From positions 26,722,001-26,786,000 of the forward strand of contig NC_043004.1 in the NCBI RefSeq assembly GCF_006345805.1: a stretch of 64,000 nucleotides of DNA, in the 5' to 3' direction. Made by a program: the position numbers and the translations under genes. Source of the DNA: Octopus sinensis (lineage: Eukaryota). The notes under the pieces were generated by a model. That model did not search any database. It was not told the DNA's origin and saw only the letters and a list, made by a program, of their open reading frames with translations. Of the stretch, positions 1 to 11,480 are shown piece by piece; the first letter of the stretch is position 1; every line of letters begins with the position of its first letter.

Positions 1-329
1 CTTTCCCTTCATGATTAATGTCGTCATCATCATCATCATCATCATTGTCACCACCATAATTTAACGACCATTTTTCCATGCTGGAATGGAGTGGATGGCT
101 TTCAAAACCTAGCAACTAGTAAGTTCTCCCAACAGTAGAGTGTTACTAGAAATTCCTTCTCACAGAAATCATGATATTGGTGGTTAAAAGAGGGGAGATG
201 ACATTAGGCCAGTTAGCTCTGGCTGCCATAAACCATTGTAGTAGTGTTAGAAAAAACAAAAATGCCTCTTCTCTAGATTAGAGATTAGAGAGTGTTGCAA
301 ATGCAACATATTTGTCTTTCATTGTATGT

Positions 330-960
330 GGAGTGGGTTATAAGTGTGATCTAGGATATCTGTGTGGCCTAGGATGTCCGTGTTCATTGAAAGTGATTTC
401 TGATGTCTGTGTACATAGCAGCAGTGCTATCCAAACTATGGATGCAGTACTTGACTGTTTGTGTCTCATATGAACTTTCAGGAAGATTAGTAGTTGTCAA
501 GGATAAAGTATTTTCTGAGAGAAAGGCCAGTCTGTCAAATGAAGTCTTTGCTATGCTGAGGATCTGTGTTTGCCAGGGGGAATTCACAATGAACCCTACT
601 ATTTAAAATGATTAGAAAGTTTCTAGTTGGGCGCTATTTATGTTTAGTTGGAAGATTTGACATGATAATGGTTTTAAGTTATGTTATTCCAGTATTTGCA
701 GTTGGTAACCATTAATTAGTAATAAAGTATATAGAACAATGAAAAGAATACACATGGCTCACATTTCATAAGGAATTACTGCTAATGTTTACTTAGGAAA
801 ATGAATGCTAAAGTTAATGAGATTAATATGCAGTTGGAACTTTAACAGCTTAACTCTGTATAGAAAATATGGGTTGGTAGGGAATCCTCTAGAGTTGCTA
901 TTTTTGGGAAAAGCTGATAGGATGAAACATGACAGTTTGTAGACATCAATAAGTTTTGCT
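330..960 (-). mobile_element. Possible heavily decayed LINE (CR1/L2-like) RT remnant
   Basis: Weak motif echoes only: ILSIAKTSFDRL resembles LDISKAFDRV, and HPISF near 900-930 resembles YRPISL. Many stops. Confidence 0.3.
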
Positions 961-1481
961 GCTATAAAGAAAGGAATATTTGACTTTTCAGTTTAAAATC
1001 TTTTATCAGTGAAGTCATGAAACAGAAGTGAAAATATTATTCACTTTTCAGGAGAATCTACTTATTGACACCTACAAACTCGTTTTGATTTTATTACCAT
1101 TGTTTGTCAATACAGATATTCATCAGTTCCTTAGATTCTAGAGTTGTTTCTATTTAGTATGAAGGTTGGATGGTGCAATACACTAAATAAGTCAAGAATA
1201 AAGAAAGAGGGGGAAGAAGAGGGAATTTCAGTTAGATTTATACTGACTTTTGAGGAAGGTCATTGTGAATATTAAGCTGGGGTTACTTTACTATGTCAGT
1301 AGTAAATAAATATATTGTGGCATCCATGTATATACATTTAGACAGAATAAAAAGAAAAGAAAAAACTTTAGAAATGAAATGGTGAAGAATGAGAAGAAAC
1401 AGAAAAGAAGAGGTTGAATGCTTAGGAGTGGAGGTAAGGTGAATTTGCTAGGAGGAGAAGAGGGAGGTGGGAGATAAAATT

Positions 1482-1742
1482 ACTTGTCATTAGGAGCACA
1501 TAGCAGCTGGAGGTAAATTGGTGGATTACTACTTAACAGTAAAACTATGCACCCGTATATCCACATGCATGCACATACAATCACTGTGCAACTATAGTAT
1601 CCCCATAAGTGTGCGCGTGCATGTACACGCCTGCATATCTTCATGTGCAGAAAGGAAGATGTAAGATCACAGGGTTAAGAAAATATAAAGGTAGCAAACA
1701 TATATTCACATATATACACACACACATATATGTGTCTGTATG
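1482..1742 (+). repeat. Left arm of a 261-bp inverted duplication (partner 4102-4362)
   Basis: Manual alignment to the reverse complement of 4102-4362 gives 9 substitutions and no indels. Confidence 0.95.
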
Positions 1743-1789
1743 CGTATGTCATTATTCAGTTTTATTTCAAGATAAACTTTTTGTTTTAG

Positions 1790-2352
1790 GTAGAGGCAAT
1801 CTACATCACTGTTGATGTGGAAATTATGTGTGCTTGTTAGTATTTTTTGGGTTTTCACATCGATGGCTTGGATCTCATCAAGCAGCCCAAATGTTGGTAT
1901 GAGTACTGGCACTGCAAATACATTGTGGAACACTGTTTTATTGAATGCAGAGAGTTCTGAAGTCCAACTTTTCTTTATTTGGCTATAATATTCTTTAGTG
2001 ACACATGTTTTGTTTACAGGTGCCATTGTAAGAGATATTTTCATCCATCCCTAGATACCTGTAACATTGCTCATCAGATGCAGAGGGAAACAGTCAAATC
2101 ATTGATGGAGATGTTACTAGTCTGGTTTATAGTTTTCTCTCTTTTCACAACTATATAACAACATTTATCCTGACCAAACTCCAACTCTACATCCTTTGAG
2201 AATGTTGTAATTAGGTCAAGGCTCTTTTTCATCTCATGCATATTCTTTGCATAAAGTTTTAAGTCATCCACAAAGAAACAGTGTGTAATTTTGGTATTTC
2301 TGTTTCCTTGTGAACCAGTGAGATATCCTTCAGACTTCCTTAACATGAATGA
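1790..2352 (-). mobile_element. R4/Dong-like non-LTR retrotransposon RT fragment
   Basis: THCFFVDDLKLYAK...FSKDVELEFGQDKC (RT catalytic region), then NKTVFHNVFAVPVLIPTFG...IDVKTQKILT...HINSDVDCLYL, typical of R4-clade elements. Frameshifted. Confidence 0.75.
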
Positions 2353-2354
2353 CA

Positions 2355-2387
<33 letters not shown>

Positions 2388-2908
2388 AATATGCATGTAT
2401 GTATGTATGTATGTATGTATGTATGTATGTATGTATGTATGTATGTATACAACAGGCTTCTTTCAGTTTCTGTCTACCAAGTCCATTCACAATGCTGTTT
2501 AAAGATCTGAGAAACTGTAATTTTCCCCCTTTTTTTACTATTTCAATTTTCATACTGTTTTTTTTTTTCAGTATGACTTGTCAGCCACCACTGAAATTAA
2601 TGAACCTTGTACATCCTAACAAATTAATATACAGTTTTAATTTCAAACTTACACCTCTTTTGAACATGATAATTTACCAACATTGAAATATTTTAACTTA
2701 ACAGCATTGAAGCATTTTAATTTAACAACATTGAAACATTTCAGTTTGTCAACATTGAAACTTATAACGATGTTTTTCTAATTTTACAATTTTACCATTG
2801 ATAAACCGAAAATATTGTTGAAACTAGTTTGGTATATATGTAAATAAATGTATTTTAAACATTTACAGGTTTTTGAAATTTAAGTGCATTTTCAGCAACA
2901 CATTTTCC

Positions 2909-2945
<37 letters not shown>

Positions 2946-3004
2946 TGAGAGAGAAAGAAAGAGAAAAGATTAAAAAACACAGATTTGTTTCACATGATTT
3001 AAAA

Positions 3005-3082
3005 GTATATTAGAGCCATGATAATAAAGATATACAATTTTGTACAAAATTGTATATCTTTATTATCATGGCTCTAATATAC
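3005..3082. repeat. Perfect 78-bp palindrome with imperfect extension to about 2955-3130
   Basis: GTATATTAGAGCCATGATAATAAAGATATACAATTTTGT is followed directly by its exact reverse complement. Confidence 0.95.
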
Positions 3083-3177
3083 TCGTAAATGTTGTAAAAC
3101 AAATCTGTTTTTTCATCTTTGCTCTTTCTCTATTTATATCCACAATGTCTGTTTCCTCAGTAAAATACTTTCTATCT

Positions 3178-3209
<32 letters not shown>

Positions 3210-3224
3210 ATAATAATAATAATA

Positions 3225-3269
<45 letters not shown>

Positions 3270-3271
3270 TG

Positions 3272-3311
<40 letters not shown>

Positions 3312-3350
3312 TAATAATAATAATAATAATAATAGTAATAATAATAATAG
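3210..3350. repeat. (TAA)n microsatellite
   Basis: Direct inspection; explains the poly-Y and poly-I ORFs. Confidence 0.95.
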
Positions 3351-3369
3351 GGAGTATAACTCCAAACAA

Positions 3370-3478
3370 GATCACAAAAAGTACAAAAATGAATAAACAA
3401 TATATAATAAGTAATAAGTAATATATAATAATAATACTTATTATATATTGTTTATTCATTTTTGTACTTTTTGTGATC
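3370..3478. repeat. Inverted repeat with perfect 44-bp arms and a 21-bp spacer
   Basis: 3370-3413 is the exact reverse complement of 3435-3478. Confidence 0.95.
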
Positions 3479-3779
3479 TAGCTATGTTTTATAATATAAT
3501 TTATTTTTTCTTTATGATTTGGTTTATGTCTATCATTTGAATTACATAATAGTGTTTTTTCTCTAATTTATATATATATATATATTATAATATATTATTA
3601 TTAATATCAGGAAATCAATATTAGAAAATTCTTCAGAAAGATATATGCGTATGTAAACTAATTGTTGTATTAAAAATATAAATATATATATAAATATATG
3701 TAAAAATGTATAAGTATAAATATATAATGTATATGACTGTTTAAAAGTTTGAATCAAGTTTTTAGAGTATCTTACGATC

Positions 3780-4000
3780 ATTTCACAGAAGTGCTGTCCC
3801 TATAATGAAATCCTGTATTGATAAGCATTTATAGACAACTCTTCTGCTCTTCAGAGATATAAAATTTGAATTTTGTATAAGATATCGAATGGTAGTTTTT
3901 TAAATATCCCAAACGATATTTGCACCAAATGATGTCATCTGTGTTGCTCCGTAAGTGCCAGCATTCGTCGTCTGCGCCTGTTAAAAGATACTGCAATGGC
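3780..4000 (-). mobile_element. Possible decayed Penelope-like (Naiad-type) RT remnant
   Basis: RSNTDDIIW and TKFKFYISEE loosely resemble the PLE motifs WRNTxxVIxWF and KFDIxxFYPSISEE. Confidence 0.3.
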
Positions 4001-4101
4001 TCAGGTGAGGACTTTTCCATTCGAACAGCACATGCCAGATGGTTCTCCAGGCCATTTCCTTGAATTGCAGAAGGGGTAAACTTTTCGCATAGAGGAAAAG
4101 T

Positions 4102-4362
4102 CATACAGACACATATATGTGTGTGTGTATATATGTGAATATATGTTTGCTACCTTTATATTTTCTTAACTCTGTGATCTTACATCTTCCTTTCTGCACA
4201 TGAAGATATGCAGGTGTGTACATGTACGTGCACACTTATGGGGATACTATAGTTGCACAATGATTGTATGTGCATGCATGTGGATATATGAGTGCATAGT
4301 TTTACTGTTAAGTAGTAATCCACCAATTTACATCCAGCTGCTATGTTCTCCTAATGACAAGT
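4102..4362 (-). repeat. Right arm of the 261-bp inverted duplication
   Basis: Reverse complement of 1482-1742, about 96.5% identical. Confidence 0.95.
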
Positions 4363-4880
4363 TGGGATGGTGGGTGTAATCACGATCATGCTCATAATCG
4401 AACACTTCCCTTAAGCATCATGTACTGCACGGAACAGATAGACCCTGCTGGAGGTTCGTCAGGCGGTAGAAGCTGCAAGGCGGCTTTGTCTTTCTTCATC
4501 AGCTTCGGCATTGCGAACAGCAGCTGCGAGCTGCATTGCTGGACCGTCGTTGAGCACGTTGCTGTTCAGATGCGTTAGCTTGCATGGACGCAGTTGAAGC
4601 AGCATTACGTGACCACCGTCGTGAATGCTGTTCTGGTGTTTCAGCAGCTCAGGCAGACGCTGTTGAGACTGCATTGCTGGCTTGTCATTGAGCACGTTGC
4701 TGTCAGTTTCGGCAGCTTGTATGGAAGCCCTTGATGCCGCATTACGTAACCGCCGCTGGGAATGCTGTTCTGGTGTTTCAGCAGCTCGGCAGACGCTGTT
4801 GAGGCTTGTAGCGCTTAGTGAAACACAATATTTCTCCTTGAGAGATATAATACAAATGCGGACGTGGCGTATAACAGCCG
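4345..4880 (-). mobile_element. Helitron Rep/Helicase N-terminal fragment with STPR-like 23-aa repeats
   Basis: A frame missing from the ORF track reads RAAETPEQHSQRRLRNAASRASI (23 aa) in degenerate repeats, then VFDYEHDRDYTHHPNLSLG, which resembles the Helitron AFxYDPxxDY..H..IG motif. Confidence 0.7.
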
Positions 4881-5045
4881 GCCTTCGGCTGCTTAGGCCC
4901 AGTTGTGTCCGCTGCTCTGATCGGTTGGTTTTGGTGCAGGTTTAACTCTTGCTTTATTTCGCGCCAATGTGTAAACCAACCAATCGCAACCTTCTGATAA
5001 GGTCCCGTGACACAGTCTTCCAGGTTTTCTTCTGGAGCCTCTAGA

Positions 5046-5712
5046 TTGTTATAAAACCCAGCGATCCATTGAATCACTTGTCTTTGGTTCTAGTCCTTCT
5101 TAGGACTAACCTCTGACCACAAAGCAGACAGCCAGTTCCAGAGACTCAGCCATGTTCCAGCGACAGACAGTGACTACACCACCAAAGCATTCGGGACCTC
5201 CATCATCGTCGACTCCACCATCGTTGCCTTCACCACCATCACCTTCACGTAACTCGCCTCGGCTTAACTACACGCTGTTGGTGAATACTCACCAAGGTTA
5301 ACAGCTAACTCTACCTGCGAGATTCTGCTGTACCATTGAAGCCACAACCGCTACTGGACATGTGTACAACCAGCATCTGTCTTGTGACCACCAGCCTCGT
5401 TGCTACAGAACTATTACTATTGCGCTTCTTACTGCGAACTAGTATTTATTTACATATTATGTGATCTACTCATTTCTATGCTCTGTATTATTATCTCACA
5501 CTTATAACGCATACACGTACACAGACACTCTTATGACACGAACACACAGACACCCAAGTTAACCTATAAATAAAACCTTTTCTCTTTAACATATCGGTTG
5601 TGTCGTCTTCTTTCTTATTCTTTACTGGCACTCTTATTCATTATACAAATTTATTTTGGCTTTATTGTAAGACGACCGTGTGGTGTTTAAAAGGAGACAT
5701 TCTTTCCTCACC
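5046..5712 (+). mobile_element. Putative solo LTR
   Basis: Starts TG and ends CA, with TATAAAA near 5050 and AATAAA near 5570. No TSD seen, boundaries uncertain. Confidence 0.3.
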
Positions 5713-5737
5713 ATTTCCTTTTGTACGGTCGCTCTAG

Positions 5738-5960
5738 AGGCTGCATTGCTGGACCATCATTGAGCACGTTGTTGTTCAGGTTCGGCTGCTTGTGTGGAAG
5801 CCCTTGATGCCGCATTACGTGACCGCCACTGGGAACACTGTTCTGGTGTTTCAGCAGCTCGGGCAGACGCTGTTGAGGCTCGTCATTGATCACGTCGCTG
5901 TTCAGGTTCGGCTGCTCATGTGGAAGCCCTTGATGCCGCATCACAGGACCGGCGTAGTGC
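5738..5960 (-). mobile_element. Second Helitron STPR-repeat fragment, paralogous to 4540-4800
   Basis: Reads RAAETPEQCSQWRSRNAASRASTQAAEPEQQ with clear nucleotide similarity to the first fragment. Confidence 0.7.
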
Positions 5961-6099
5961 TCGTTGACCTTCTGTCACAGCTTTCAGAATCCAATTGAAC
6001 CTTGTCTCACAGAAAAACTGTCACCAAAACTGGGTGTACAAGCATCTTACACAACCTGTCACAATGTAACGTTCAAAGTTCACATAAATATTATAACAT

Positions 6100-6510
6100 A
6101 GCGCAGGAGTGGCTGTGTGGTAAGTAGCTTGCCAACCAACCACATGGTTCCGGGTTCAGTCCCACTGGATGGCATCTTGGGCAAGTGTCTTCTGCAATAG
6201 CCCCGGGCCAGCCAATGTCTTGTGAGGGGATTTGGTAGATGGAAACTGAAAGAAGCCTGTCGTATATATGTATATATATATATGTGTATGTGTGTGTGTT
6301 TGTGTGTGTTTATCCCCCTAGCATTGCTTGACAACTGATGCTGGTGTGTTTACGTCCCCGTCACTTAGTGGTTTGGTAAAAGAGACCGATAGAATAAGTA
6401 CTGGGCTTACAAAGAATAAGTCCTGGGGTCGATTTGCTCGACTAAAGGCAGTGCTCCAGCATGGCCGCAGTCAAATGACTGAAACAAGTAAAAGAGTAAA
6501 GAGTAAAGAG
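6100..6510 (+). mobile_element. tRNA-derived SINE, family 1 (octopus-type), full length
   Basis: A-box-like TGGCTGTGTGG, B-box-like GGTTCAGTCCC, internal (TA)/(TG) microsatellite and (GTAAAAGA)n tail. Many copies occur in the window. Confidence 0.85.
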
Positions 6511-6930
6511 CATAGCTTAAAAGATTTTTGTACTCACCCAGATGTGACAAATTATTCTAAAACTGACAGGTAAAAAGTTTCAGGTGAATTCCTGGAGCAT
6601 AAAATATTTCCACAAATGCCTAACATAAAGTGCATAAACCAAAACAATTAAACAATAAATCCAATAATAAATCCATTTTGCTCTCTCCCTCCAAAATAAC
6701 ACATTCAAAATAACACGTGTAAAATGGAGCAATTAAGGCATGAACAAAAGTTCAGCAACACATGTGCGCATAAGATAACTTTATGTGTATGCCCCCAGAT
6801 CATGCATGCAGGTCACAGGGGTGATTTCTTTGCCATGACCTAGCTCTGACCTTGTGGAGTATGTTTATAAAATTTGAGGTTAATCGGACATTGAATGGGG
6901 ATTTCTATAAAAAACATAAATGCCTACATA

Positions 6931-7166
6931 CACACTGACACACAGACACACAGACACACTGACACACAGACACACTGACACACAGACACACAGACACACT
7001 GACACACAGACACACAGACACACTGACACACAGACACACAGACACACTGACACACTGACACACTGACACACAGACACACTGACACACAGACACACTGACA
7101 CACTGACACACAGACACACAGACACACTGACACACTGACACACAGACACACTGACACACACACACA
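6931..7166. repeat. Compound (GACACACA/GACACACT)n minisatellite
   Basis: Direct inspection; explains the CVSV-repeat ORFs. Confidence 0.95.
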
Positions 7167-7677
7167 AACTCAATTTTATATATATTATAGATTATAGATA
7201 TATACACACATGCATTATGCAATTATGTGTGCTTGTCAAGAGCAGAGCTCATTAGTCCCCAACAGAGTTGCAAATGCAAAATATAAGTTAGTCCTAGAGC
7301 ATGCAATGGTCAGCAATGGTCTTCCTCGGTCATGAGTGGACGGCCATCATATATACATATATGTGTGTATGCGTGCACACACACACACACACATCTTACT
7401 GGATAATATCTGAGCATAAGGTCTCTTTCATTTCCATCTTTGTCTATTTGACTATCTGGTAAAATGTGTCACAGTTCCAATTTCTTATCATTATCTTTAC
7501 ATCTAAACTAATGTTTCTCAGTATCCAAATAATAAAGGTAGCTCTACACGAAAGGTGAGAAGTCTTGTTATTTCCAGGAGTGAATTACATGTACCTAAAT
7601 ATTCTCAGAGGAAACTCTGTATGGAGGAGAATAATGAATATTTCACATTACATTCTCATTATGCAAATTATATTAAA

Positions 7678-8041
7678 CTAGCACTATGACCCAGTGTTAC
7701 CGGGTCATAGTGCTTGTGCATGCATATATAGCTGTGTGCGTGCACACATACACATGAGTACTGAACAAATCTCTGACCAATCACATGCAGCTAGCTGGCA
7801 TTCAATAGGCGTATCAAGTTTTGGGCATTTTCATTGGGTTTTGGATAGAAAATTCACAAAAAAGTCGCTTCTATTGATTTTTTAATGGCTTTGTGGGGTG
7901 ACTAGAGAAATTTAAAGATGTGCACGACCACCCTTGGACGGTTTTAAATGACCATAGAAAGTGCGAGCCCTCTAAATGAAAAATTATGGATTTGTATAAA
8001 GGACACACACACAGACATTTTGCCGTTTATATAGAGAGAGA
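7678..8041 (-). mobile_element. Non-autonomous mini-Helitron A
   Basis: The minus strand reads A|TCTCTCTCTATATAAACGGC...CTAG|T, the canonical TC/CTAG ends inserted between A and T. A 13-bp hairpin AGCACTATGACCC/GGGTCATAGTGCT lies at the 3' end. Confidence 0.8.
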
Positions 8042-8322
8042 TTACTGCTTTGGTGCTTCAACTCAATCATGTGTGTGTTTTTCTTAACTTCATCAGCAGG
8101 TGTTTTTGTTTGCTTCTTTTTTCAATGTGAGTGTTTCCTCACCTATTCTCAGAGCAAATGCTCATCTTAGCAAGTAAAAGCAACTGAATTCTTCTGCATT
8201 AACTATTTTAGCATTTAAACAAGCCATATTTGACCCATATATGCTACCTATTTTATGTTCTAGCCAGCCAGATCCAGCTTATCACATCTACTCTTCAATC
8301 TGATTATAAAATATACAATACA

Positions 8323-9030
8323 GGCATAGGAGTGGCTGTGTGGTAAGTAGCTTGCTTACCAACCACATGGTTCTGGGTTCAGTCCCACTGCGTGGCACCT
8401 TGGGCAAGTGTCTTCTACTATAGTCTCAGGCCGACCAAAGTTTTCTGAGTGGATTTGGTAGATGGAAACTGAAAGAAGCCCGTTGTATATATGTATATAC
8501 TAGCAGCATAGCCCGGCGTTGCCCGGGTATGTAAGAGTTCCTAGTAGGCAACGACTAATCCCAATCTAGTCCTTTCCCTCTAGGAAACGAAGGTGCATGT
8601 GTAGGTTGCAATGTCTTCTGTGTATATGATGTTCCTAGCTGTCCCTTTGGGCAAAAACGCGATTTCCCAAAATGGCATGATTTTATCAATTTTTTCTGAT
8701 GGTAAGGTATTGCATGGAAAACTAACGTCAGAATTAAGTTTCTTAGGGTAACATTAAGCTTCACCATGAGTTTGGTGAAAATCGATTGCAAGTTGCGAAA
8801 ACTACAACAGAAAATGTGTTGCATATAAAAAGCTTAGATTCTCGACCCCATGTCGAATTTATCGATTTTTTTCAAAACTGGGGGAACTTTTCAAAATTTT
8901 CGCTGCGTTAGTTTTGAATTATGACATTGGGCTATGTGTGTGTCAAGTTTCATCAGAATTGGTTGAAAGCCGTAGTCAGGGTGAGGGTACAACCTGACAG
9001 ACACACAGACACACAGACAGACAAACTGCC

Positions 9031-9064
<34 letters not shown>

Positions 9065-9276
9065 GTGTGTTTGTGTGTCTGTCTTATTCCCCCCAACATT
9101 GCTTGACAACCGATGCTGGTGTGTTTACGTCCCCGTAGTTCAGCAAAAGAGACTGATAGAATAATTACTAGGCTTACAGCGAATAAGTCCTGGGGGTCGA
9201 TTTGTGTGACTAAAGGTGGTGATCCAGCATGGCCACAGTTAAAAATGACTGAAACAAGTAAAAGAGTTAAAGAGTA
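8323..9276 (+). mobile_element. SINE family 1 copy interrupted by a mini-Helitron
   Basis: SINE 5' half at 8323-8499 and 3' half at about 9062-9276. Confidence 0.85.
8500..9040 (-). mobile_element. Non-autonomous mini-Helitron B
   Basis: 3' CTAG|T lies 8 nt after a CCCGG/CCGGG hairpin. The 5' TATATAAACGGCA motif is shared with mini-Helitron A; the exact 5' end is lost in (TA)n. Confidence 0.75.
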
Positions 9277-9589
9277 ATCACATCACCATAATTTTGAAGC
9301 TACAAAATAATGCATTATTAATTAAAAACAATATAAAAGCATTACATTTGGCAAAATAATCTGAATGCTGAAAGACTAAAAAAATGGGTGGTAGGAAAGC
9401 ATCTTTGATAGTCATATTAATAATATGACTATCAAGGATGGTTATTGTTGCGATACTTTTGATGATAGATTTGCTCCATTATTGAGCTTGACCTCGGCCT
9501 AAACAGCAACAATGGCTACAAAATATTAATTTCTAACACTTATTTTCCCAATTTCTCCATTTTCTTCGTTTGTTTGCCTCTTTCTCTCC

Positions 9590-9598
9590 TCACTTTTT

Positions 9599-9638
<40 letters not shown>

Positions 9639-9840
9639 TTCTTTTTCCTTTTTTCTTTTTTCTTTCTTTCTCTCTTCACTTTCTTCCTTCCTTTCTTTTT
9701 TCTTTCTTTCTTTCTTTTCTTTTTCCTTTTTTCTTTCTTTCTTTCTTTCTCTCCTTACTTTCTTCCTTCCTTTCTTTTTTTCTTCCTTCCTTTCTTTTTT
9801 CTTTCTTTTTTTCTTCCTTTCTTTCTTTCTTTCTTTCTTC
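9590..9840. repeat. (TTTC)n low-complexity tract
   Basis: Direct inspection. Confidence 0.95.
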
Positions 9841-11044
9841 AATATGCATTCACAAATATAACTCAAAGTAGTGACAACTCTGAATATTTGAATAAACATC
9901 AATATAGTGAGGATTTTTAAAGAATATTTGAACATACAAATTTAAACATGTTTTGATGTGTGTGTGTGTGTGTGAGAGAGAGAGGAGAGAGAGAGAGAGT
10001 ATATGTATATGTGTCATTTTCATCTCACAATCATCAAATTTTCATGTCCACTTTCCATGCTGGCATGAGTTAGGAGAGATAGAGAAAGAGCAAGGCAAAT
10101 AGAATTTATATATCTATTATATTTTCTTTTGAAAAAATTACATTTAAAATATTCAATATTTACTTAGTTCTAATCACTATGGACAGGTGTATATTAATGA
10201 GTGTGTGTAAATATGTAAGTAAATGTATGTTTGTTTGCTATGTGTGTGTGTGTGTGTATCCACACAAACATTCAGACTGTCAAAACTAAAAACTTCTTAA
10301 TTCCATGTTTCATAACACAAAAGTAATCCTGAAAGTTCTGGAAGCAAGCATTTAGAGTGTCAAATGTTTCCCCCTCAAAGACTTGCTCTTCTCTATTCTT
10401 TGCTGTCTGTTTACTGTTATTAATCCAGTGGAACCCAAATGGACAGCAAAGCACAGAACTTAAATAGTAGGTTTTAACTTCTTGACATTAATTTGAGATG
10501 ATATTTGGCAAATTATAGGCTTGAAATATTTATATTGCAATTACAGGTATGTTGGTCATCTGAAACTATTGTTGCTTTGTTGTTGTTGTTGTTGCTCATG
10601 CCTGCTACATCGAACTGGCCTATAGCCATATGAATTCCAGTCATTATCATTTCATCTTTTATTTCAAGTCAAGTCTATCTTGGACTATATTTTTTGAAAT
10701 GGTAGGATGTAATTTAAAGGAAATTTGGTTGTTACTTTTCACAGATCAAATGATTGCTTTGAAGAATCTCTGTATAGATTGGCGCTAAAAGCTTACCTCA
10801 TGGTCAAGCAAGAGTAGATAACCAGTAGACTGTGTAATGTCCCTCTAGTAAAGTAGGTACCACTGCTTACATCAGTGTGTGTGACTAGCAACAGCTTCCA
10901 GTGAATGGTGGAATAAATATTCTGCAGAAAAATTATTAGTCCTAACAGAATTGTTACAACATCACCATCATTATAAGAAATAATTATCAAACTTAAAAAA
11001 GAAGGCTCTGTAAGAATTATATATGACACATATTGGTTACAAAT

Positions 11045-11232
11045 TTTGGCACCAGGCCAGCAGTTTTGTGGGAGGGATAAGTCAATTACATCAATTCCAG
11101 TACTCTACTGGTTCTTATTTTATCAATGCTGAAAGGGGTGAAAAGCAAAGTCAACTTCAGCAGAATTTGAACTCAATGTAAGGATGGACAAAATGTCACT
11201 AAGTATTTTGCCCAGCATGCTAACGATCCTAC
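11045..11232 (-). mobile_element. SINE family 2, diverged
   Basis: Similar to the reverse complement of 31292-31520. Confidence 0.65.
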
Positions 11233-11334
11233 TAGTTCACTGCATTTCTTATGATGAATATTAAGTGAGACATGAAAGCAGGAAGTTTTCAGGATTGTTG
11301 GTCAAAATGCCTGGTAATATTTCTTATCACTCAT

Positions 11335-11480
11335 TACGTTCTGAGTTCATATTCTACTAATGTCAACTTCGATTTTCATTCTCTTGGGGTCAATAACACA
11401 AAGTACCAGTCAGATACTGACATTAGTGAAATCCCTAGTGCCACTCCCTTCTAAAATTGCTGGCCTTGTGCCAAAATTTG
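11335..11480 (+). mobile_element. SINE family 2 fragment
   Basis: GTTCTGAGTTCA...TTTTCATTCTCTTGGGGTCAATAA matches the family 2 core. Confidence 0.6.
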
